Shown in pieces: positions 1 through 5,290 of a DNA stretch of 5,290 bases. The notes below the pieces were generated by a model. The model was not told where the DNA came from. It saw only the letters and a list, made by a program, of their open reading frames with translations, and made no database searches. Origin of the DNA: Octopus sinensis (taxonomy: Eukaryota); the NCBI RefSeq assembly GCF_006345805.1, contig NW_021830124.1, forward strand, positions 1 through 5,290, in the 5' to 3' direction. Within the stretch, counting starts at the first letter, position 1. Each line of letters begins with the position of its first letter. The position numbers were made by a program, and so were the translations under genes.

Positions 1-173
1 CCACAACTCACTTATCCTCCCCTTGTGATCTGGTAAACACAACCAACACCTCCTCACCACGAATTCACACATTTCAATGGAATTGATGTGAATGAAACCT
101 ACGGTAATGGTCTTTGTTATTGTTGTTCTTTTAACTCTTTTTTTTTTGTGTGTGTGATGACAGTAATAATGGT

Positions 174-293
174 GATGATGACGACGACGACGATGATGAT
201 GATGATGACGATGACGATGATGACGATGATGACGATGATGATGATGATGACGATGATGATGATGACGATGATGACGATGATGACGATGATGAC
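174..293. repeat. Compound (GAT/GAC)40 trinucleotide microsatellite
   Basis: 40 consecutive GAY triplets varying only T/C at the third position. They produce the poly-D, poly-M/T and poly-I ORFs in the track. Confidence 0.95.
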
Positions 294-530
294 GAGGTGG
301 AGGAGGAGGAGGATCATAATTATGATCATGATCATCATAATCATCATCATCATCATCGTCATAATCATCTTCATCGTCGTCATCGTCATCATCAACATCG
401 TCGTCATCATGGCCATAATGATCATGATGATCATGATCATGATAATAATGATGATGGTTATAGCCGTTATGATTGGAATAAGGTGACGGTGGTGGTGATG
501 ATGGTTGTGATTATTACGGTGGTTAATATG
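294..530. repeat. Degenerate trinucleotide low-complexity tract (GAG, then CAT/CGT/AAT, then GAT/GGT)
   Basis: Short (GAG)n at ~294-312, CAT/CGT-rich at ~314-410, and GAT/GGT-rich again at ~420-530. Confidence 0.85.
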
Positions 531-887
531 CTAATGCTGTTTATGATTGTAAGAAGTGATGGCTGTGATGGAAGAGATGTTTGTGACATAGTGTCTGCGA
601 TAATGGAGTAGATATGTTAGCTTTAAGAATTAACAGCCTTGTTATTTTGAACACGAATTTCTTTTTTTCTGTTTCTTATTTCGCTAATTACCGTTTCCTT
701 TTTATTGTTGTTGTTTGTCTTTTGAAATTGTTTTTATTGATATTCTTAATGTTGTTTTTTTATTGTTGTTTATTTCCCCTACCCCACCAACACAATTATA
801 TTCTAAATGTTTAATTTGAATCCATTTCATAAACAATTTTAAATGAGATATTTTCCATAGCAAAACAACCAACTGATACTCCTTTTA

Positions 888-1080
888 ATGATGATAATTT
901 CAAATTTTTACTCAAGACTAGCCATTTCTGGGGAGGTAATAAGTCGATTACATCGACCTCAGTGCTCAACTGGTACTTATTTCATCGACCCCGAAAGGAT
1001 GGAAAGACGCAGTCGATCCTACCGGAATTTGAAATCAGGACGTAAAGCCGGACGAAATACCGTTAAGCATTTTGGCCGCC
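888..1080 (-). mobile_element. 5'-truncated tRNA-derived SINE (cephalopod-like family)
   Basis: The minus strand has a B-box-like GATTTCAAATTCC (1024-1036), then a central segment TTTCCATCCTTTCGGGGTCGATGAAATAAGTACCAGTTG resembling conserved metazoan SINE central domains. It ends AAATTTGAA plus a short ATTATCATCATT tail. No A-box region is visible. The family resemblance to abundant octopus SINEs is from memory, not a search. Confidence 0.75.
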
Positions 1081-1086
1081 ATTTTC

Positions 1087-1120
1087 TACTATTGGGAAAT
1101 TTACTATTGGGAAATTTACT
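1087..1120. repeat. 15-bp tandem duplication TACTATTGGGAAATT x2.3
   Basis: Exact copies at 1087-1101 and 1102-1116, plus a partial TACT at 1117-1120. Confidence 0.95.
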
Positions 1121-1233
1121 TTGAACTTGTTTTTATTCGTTATATGACATTTGGTACGTTAAAACTAATACCGCACCGTCTTGTACGGTCTGTGTCGTTC
1201 TTAATGTTTTTCATCAAACAAGCCCTGCGTGGC

Positions 1234-1281
1234 TAATAAATAAATAAATCCTCCTCCTCCTCCTCCTCATCATCATCATCA

Positions 1282-1342
<61 letters not shown>
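1234..1342. repeat. Compound microsatellite (TAAA)3-(TCC)6-(TCA)5-(ATT)20; the ATT part is the 3' tail/target of element A
   Basis: Read directly: TAAA 1237-1248, TCC 1249-1266, TCA 1267-1281, ATT 1283-1342. Confidence 0.95.
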
Positions 1343-1343
<1 letters not shown>

Positions 1344-1914
1344 TATGTTTTACTTTTGCTTTACATTTGTACAAGGTGGCTCCAAGTCTCACCTAGAGAC
1401 CTCAAGAGACAACAAGTTGGAAGATCATGTTGGTGTTATGCCTAGGGTGCCATATATTTGGTTTTGTACATAGTGTTGTTCTAGAGAATGTTTAAGAAAC
1501 CATAAGAAAATGTGTTTGTTTTAAAACTTGAGATTACATAGAAAGTATTTTACGTAGGATATGGGCAGTTCCCATGAGCACTATCTTTTGAATTTCTGCC
1601 ATTTGGGGGTTTCCTGGTATCAGAGCTAGGTAGCAATCAGCTCCTTTTGCTATCATTCCCAGGGCACCTATGACAACAGTTATTGCTTTGGTTTTGGTAT
1701 GTCTTGACAGATACGTTTATATCGATTGGGACAGTCATATCAATGAAGAGGCATGATTTTTGTCTGAAGTCTTTCAATATGACGTCTGGCCTATTTGCAG
1801 TTATCTTTCTGTCAGTTTGAATGGTGAAGTTCCGGTGGAGTGAGATGTGATCATTTTCAAGCATTGGAGGTGGTTTGTGTTCCCACCAGTTTTTATCATG
1901 GGGCAAGTTCAGGC
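1343..1914 (-). mobile_element. Element A: 5'-truncated RLE non-LTR retrotransposon (R4/Dong-like) 3' end
   Basis: The minus strand encodes LPHDKNWWEHKPPPMLEND...TDRKITANRPDVILKDFRQKSCLFIDMTVP (PD...D endonuclease core). After a frameshifting deletion at ~1694 it continues TKAITVVIGALGMI...QKIVLMGTAHILRKILSM* (stop 1534-1536). A ~190-nt 3' UTR leads into (AAT)n, and (TAA)n flanks both sides. Confidence 0.9.

Positions 1915-1967
<53 letters not shown>
1915..1967. repeat. (TTA)~18 microsatellite; tail of element B abutting the 5' end of A
   Basis: Perfect TTA run. It explains the poly-Y ORF 1847-2038. Confidence 0.97.
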
Positions 1968-2562
1968 GCATTTGCACAGCTTCTAACGCTGGAGATGTAC
2001 TACGGTGTCAGCTGTTCAGCACCAGTGAACTAAGGTAACACCTCTTATTTATCGAGCACCTTCCGGAGTATTCGAGCGGCTCTAAGCAGTGCTGCTTTCT
2101 GCAAATGCTCCACCTTTATTGCAGCCCCTGTTTGTTCCATGTAGTTCTCAAGATTTTTTCTCACTGTTCCCAGGGCTCCGACAATTATTGGTACTACCAC
2201 CACCTTTTGCATCGACCACAACTGCTTAACCTCCCAAGCTAACCTGCCATATCTCTCAACTTTTCTTTCTTCCTTATCACATACCTTGTTGCCAGCTGGA
2301 CATGCTATGTCTATTATCCAGCATAGTTCGTTTTCTTCCTCAATTAAGATATGTCTGACTTCCTAGTCCCTATCTCATGGTCGCACTGAATCATAAAATC
2401 CCACAGTATCTTTGCATTATCATTTTCGATGATACCTTCACCTTCGGGGTTGTGGTCGTATCATTTGTTTTTTTTTTTTGCTTTAAGTCCATACTTGTTG
2501 CAAAGTGTCCAGTGGACAAGCCTTCTGGTCTAGTGGCCTACATTGGCTGTTAATATGCCACA
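1968..2562 (-). mobile_element. Element B: 5'-truncated RLE non-LTR retrotransposon (R4/Dong-like) 3' end
   Basis: Manual minus-strand translation with one stop and one frameshift gives RLVHWTLCNKYGL...*YDHNPEGEGIIENDNAKILWDFMIQCDHEIGTRKSDI/LIEEENELCWIIDIACP...EERKVERYGRLAWEVKQLWSMQKVVVVPIIVGALGT...RILRKVLDK* (stop 2045-2047). A short 3' UTR leads into (AAT)n. Clear homology reaches ~2526 and the 5' boundary (2526-2562) is uncertain. The ORF track misses this element. Confidence 0.88.
2005..2041 (-). other. Predicted 3'-UTR stem-loop of element B
   Basis: GTGTTA-CCTTA-GTTCA-CTGGTGC-TGAAC-AGC-TGACAC: a 6-bp outer stem, 5/3 internal loop, 5-bp inner stem and 7-nt loop. It is 29/37 identical to the copy in C. 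Confidence 0.7.
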
Positions 2563-2563
2563 A

Positions 2564-2615
<52 letters not shown>

Positions 2616-2670
2616 CATTATTATCATCATCATCATCATCATCATTATCATTATCATTATATTATCATCA

Positions 2671-2708
<38 letters not shown>
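2563..2708. repeat. Compound (ATT)n/(ATC)n microsatellite; tail of element C abutting the 5' end of B
   Basis: ATT run, ATC/ATT mixed core, then a second ATT run. It explains the poly-Y/H/I/L/S ORFs. Confidence 0.95.
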
Positions 2709-3240
2709 TTATGAAAAGTCACGGCTTATTTTGCTAGATATCATGGAAAGTGTCAGCTGTCCACAGCCAGCAGACTAAGGTGACACTTGTTTACTGGTCA
2801 TGCTTCAAGAACCCTGTGAAGAATTTTTGTAGTTCCAAACAATATTGATTTTTGTAGGAGTTCTACCTTCACACTGGCACCGATCTTTTTCAGCCATGTT
2901 GCTAGTTGAGTGCTGATACTTCCAAGTGCACCAATTGCTATTGGTATCACGTCTACTCTTTTCATTGACCGCAACCATCGTATTTCCCTCTTTAAATCGT
3001 CTTGGTTGTTTATTTTTTCTTCTTTCACCTTAATACTGTTGTCATTGTGGCGTGCTATGTCGATAATCATACATGCTCTTTCTTTTTTATTCACCACAAC
3101 AATATCCGGTTTCCTATATCTGATCAGGTGATCATACTGGATCATTACATCCCACGGGATTTTGCAGTTCTCTTTTTCGGTGACTCTTTCTGGTGTTTGT
3201 TTATAACACGTCTTTGCTCTTTGTAGGCCTTGGTTTCCAA
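2709..3240 (-). mobile_element. Element C: 5'-truncated RLE non-LTR retrotransposon (R4/Dong-like) 3' end
   Basis: ORF 2798-3145(-) and its upstream frame read KQTPERVTEKENCKIPWDVMIQYDHLIRYRKPDIVVVNKKERACMIIDIA...KEEKINN.DDLKREI...VIPIAIGALGSI...ILHRVLEA*. This is the PD...D RLE core plus the GALG motif, followed by a short 3' UTR and (AAT)n. Confidence 0.9.
2750..2786 (-). other. Predicted 3'-UTR stem-loop of element C
   Basis: GTGTCA-CCTTA-GTCTG-CTGGCTG-TGGAC-AGC-TGACAC, the same geometry as B. All stem differences retain Watson-Crick or G.U pairing. Confidence 0.7.
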
Positions 3241-3285
3241 ATTAAAATTATTGTTATTTTATTATTATTATTATTATTATTATTA

Positions 3286-3313
<28 letters not shown>
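3241..3313. repeat. (TTA)n microsatellite, degenerate at its left edge; tail of element D abutting the 5' end of C
   Basis: ATTAAAATTATTGTTATTTT grades into a near-perfect ATT run ending at 3313. Confidence 0.93.
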
Positions 3314-3316
<3 letters not shown>

Positions 3317-4036
3317 TAGTTTTATTTTTATAGCGTGCTTTCACTTTACTACCGAGCGCAGCTCTGCGCGCCTTGGTTACGTGCTATGGTTTGCTGTGGT
3401 GCTCTTATGATTACTGTATTGAAAGTGTTTTGCGTAGGATGTGTGCAGTGCCCAGTAGTGCAATTTTCTGTTTTATATATATTTGTAAGTCCTGGTGCTT
3501 TTGTTATGTATTTGTCTGAATATTTTCTTATCATGCCTAATGCACCTACTACGATAGGAATTGTTTCTGTTTCTAGATTCCACATTCCAGTTACCTCTAT
3601 TTCCAGGTCTTTGTATTTTGAAAGTTTCTCCATTTCTTTTAGAGAAACGTTGTCATGTGCTGGTATTGATACATCAATTAGAAAGCATTTTTTCCGTCCT
3701 GATCTCTGACAACTATATCTGGCCTATTGGCCTTAATTTCTCTATCTGTGTGTATTGGCATATCCCAGAGTATGGTTGCTTTCTCGTTTTCTGTGACCTT
3801 TTCTGGTATGTGCCTATACCATCTTGTTGGCATAGTTTCCAGTGTTTGTAGGTCCCAACTCTGTCGTGTCTGTGAATATACTCCTTCTTAGCCAGAATTG
3901 GGCAGCCAGAGATATATGATTTATTGTTTCTTGTCTATCTCCATATATTCTACAGTTACTTGTTATGTTTCTTTTTTTTATATGTTTTTGGTAATTTCTG
4001 GTGAGAAGGCTGTGTTGCAATTAAAAATCCTTCAGT
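3314..4036 (-). mobile_element. Element D: 5'-truncated RLE non-LTR retrotransposon (R4/Dong-like) 3' end including the CCHC knuckle
   Basis: Stitched minus-strand frames give TEGFLIA...LTRNYQKHI, then C-R-I-Y-GDRQETIN-H-I.SG-C (CX2CX8HX4C with the second C mutated to Y, 3954-3902) and EYIHRHDRVG (RHD 3863-3871). These are followed by WYRHIPEKVTENEKATILWDMPIHTDREIKANRPDIVV...CFLIDVSIP...EKLSKYKDLEIEV...IVVGALGMI...GTAHILRKTLSIQ* (stop 3411-3413). Several small indels are present. Confidence 0.92.
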
Positions 4037-4219
4037 ATATATATATAATATAATATATATATATATATATATAAATCTGTGTGTGTGTGCGCGTGTGTGT
4101 GTGTGTGTGGTGTATGTATGTATAATATATATATATATATTATATAATATAATATAATATATATATAATATATATATATCTTATATATATATATATATAT
4201 ATACATACATATGTATATA
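4037..4219. repeat. Compound (TA)n/(TG)n microsatellite with TAA interruptions
   Basis: TA runs flank a TG/CG run at ~4078-4109. It explains ORF 4021-4206. Confidence 0.95.
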
Positions 4220-5033
4220 TTAGGTAGACCGGAAAGTTCTGAGCGTTTTTAAGCTAAATCTTTTAAATTTTCCTTGAACGCACCTGAAACGTAACACATT
4301 TAAAACTTGGGCATTGCTTGAAGTGGTCGTGCATCTCTTCTTTGTCCCTGACTAAAAATAGATTTACCTTTCATTTTGGTTACCCTTTATTGACATTTGA
4401 AATGGATATCCAAAAAGATCTGTAGAGCTCGACGAGGACCTCCTGCAAACCCTATTGGAATAAAATCCCATTGTAACTCTTGAGGAACTGGCAGAGAAGC
4501 GTGAATTTGGTCATTCAGCCATTCATTGACACCTGCGTGCCATCGTAAAATTCAGTACATTGGATCAATGAGTTCCTCACAAACTTGCCGAGTCTAATCG
4601 CGCACAGAGAGTGAATATGTGCTCGTCTTTGCTGCCACATCTCACGAATGAACCTTTTTTGGGCCGAATAATGACTGATGACGAGAAATGGGCTCTCTAT
4701 AAAAATGTGAAGGGCCGAAGACAGTGGGCAGGGAAAGGAAAAACATCGGCACCTCAAGCTAAAGAAGGCCTTCACCCACGTAAGACGTTATTTGTTTGGT
4801 GGGATATGAAAGGTTTCATTCACTTTGAACGTTTAAACCCAAACCAAATGATAACAAAGAAAATATATACTTCGAGCAGCTTGTACGGCTTAAGTCAGCG
4901 CTAGATGAAAAACGACTATCTTTGGTTTCAAGACGAAAGGGGAGTATATTTTAGATTTAAAAAAACTTTGTATATCTTGATTTTGAAAAATAAAAGAAAT
5001 TTTTAAAAACGCACTATTTATGGGATAATCCAA
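4220..5033 (+). mobile_element. Internally deleted mariner (Tc1/mariner superfamily) DNA transposon, ~814 bp, with imperfectly matching ends
   Basis: The left end is TA|TTAGGTAGACCGGAAAGTTCTGAGCGTTTTTAA (4220-4252). The right end, reverse-complemented, is TA|TTGGATTATCCCATAAATAGTGCGTTTTTAA (5033-5003). TA flanks both ends and a transposase remnant lies between them. Confidence 0.85.
4402..4952 (+). pseudogene. Mariner transposase pseudogene
   Basis: A putative start MDIQK (4402) jumps to RSVELDEDLLQTLLE*NPIVTLEELAEK (HTH2 region). Then come *VPHKL (WVPHEL-like, 4569-4586), TDDEKW (first catalytic Asp motif, 4674-4691), LHPRK.LFVWWD and, after a frameshift at ~4866, YFEQLVRLKSALDEKR...RKGVYF. 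Homology stops just before the expected DNARPH. Stops occur at 4461, 4527 and 4569. Confidence 0.92.
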
Positions 5034-5041
5034 TATATACA

Positions 5042-5260
5042 CAGTAATTCCTCGACTATCACGAGCGTTACGCGAGTGTTACGTTCCAGCCCACCGCACG
5101 CACACACGATAGGTGAAACAGTTTTGTACTGTATATCTTTTTATTATTTTATAATTTGTATCTATTTTATTATAAATGCAAAACAACACCACAGGTGAAT
5201 CGACATAAACTTAAATAACAAGCCACGATAGGTGAACCGCAATATGGCGAGAGATTACTA
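5042..5260. mobile_element. pogo/Tigger-like MITE (~219 bp)
   Basis: The TIRs are CAGTAATTCCTCGAC-TATCACG (5042-5063) and, reverse-complemented, TAGTAATCTCTCGCCATATTGCG (5260-5238), matching at 16/23. The element has CAGT-type termini, a TA run on the right, an AT-rich non-coding interior and an internal 13-bp direct repeat CACGATAGGTGAA (5105-5117, 5224-5236). Confidence 0.75.
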
Positions 5261-5290
5261 TATATATATAGGTTTGTAATATTTAGCTCT

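Noticed and set aside
12-29. Possible 18-nt minus-strand microexon (TTTACCAG|ATCACAAGGGGAGGATAA|GTGAGT)
   Set aside because: Such splice-like motifs arise often by chance, and it lies at the window edge with no supporting context. RNA-seq would be needed.
88-486. ORFs 88-486(+) and 117-440(-)
   Set aside because: They are alternative-frame readings of the trinucleotide tract (poly-M/T/I) with no domain signal.
614-814. Hydrophobic 66-aa ORF resembling a membrane peptide
   Set aside because: It comes from T-rich low-complexity DNA, where F/L/V richness is a compositional artefact.
888-1124. 78-aa ORF
   Set aside because: It is an antisense read-through of the SINE plus the 15-bp duplication.
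2527-2562. 36 nt at the 5' end of element B as captured foreign sequence from a template jump
   Set aside because: It could equally be degraded element sequence (C-x-I-L and N-V resemble the region around RHD) with a local duplication. This cannot be resolved without a consensus.
1847-2737. Poly-Y/H/I/L/S ORFs (1847-2038, 2505-2714, 2543-2737)
   Set aside because: They are translations of (TTA)/(ATC) microsatellites.
2910-3851. Plus-strand ORFs 2910-3131, 3002-3226, 3335-3709 and 3561-3851
   Set aside because: They are antisense shadows of retroelements C and D.
1283-4036. CRISPR-like or tandem gene array interpretation of the repeat-spacer layout
   Set aside because: The repeats are simple microsatellites of variable length, the spacers are 0.5-0.7 kb retroelement fragments, and the context is eukaryotic with no cas genes.
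4515-4775. 86-aa minus-strand ORF
   Set aside because: It is antisense to the transposase pseudogene and has no recognisable motif.
4527-5260. CpG decay as evidence of methylation (probable CGA to TGA stop at 4527; CACG/TGCG differences between the MITE TIRs)
   Set aside because: There are too few sites, no consensus for polarising the changes, and many CpGs persist nearby in the SINE and the D hairpin.

Overview
This is a non-coding, repeat-saturated stretch of an animal nuclear genome. The SINE type and microsatellite density suggest a cephalopod such as Octopus, but that is inferred from remembered repeat families and not verified. I found no intact gene. From left to right the window holds: (1) a compound GAT/GAC/CAT trinucleotide tract; (2) a 5'-truncated tRNA-type SINE on the minus strand; (3) a head-to-tail array of four divergent, 5'-truncated RLE-type (R4/Dong-like) non-LTR retrotransposon 3' ends (A-D, 1343-4036), all on the minus strand, each ending in a (TAA)n tract that for B-D abuts the next copy; (4) a (TA)n/(TG)n tract; (5) a doubly deleted mariner with mismatched ends; (6) an adjacent pogo/Tigger-like MITE. 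The most interesting signals are the orientation-locked nest of several retroelement lineages in (TAA)n, and a 3'-UTR stem-loop 34-41 nt from the tail in all four copies. Copies B and C show pairing-preserving substitutions in that stem-loop.
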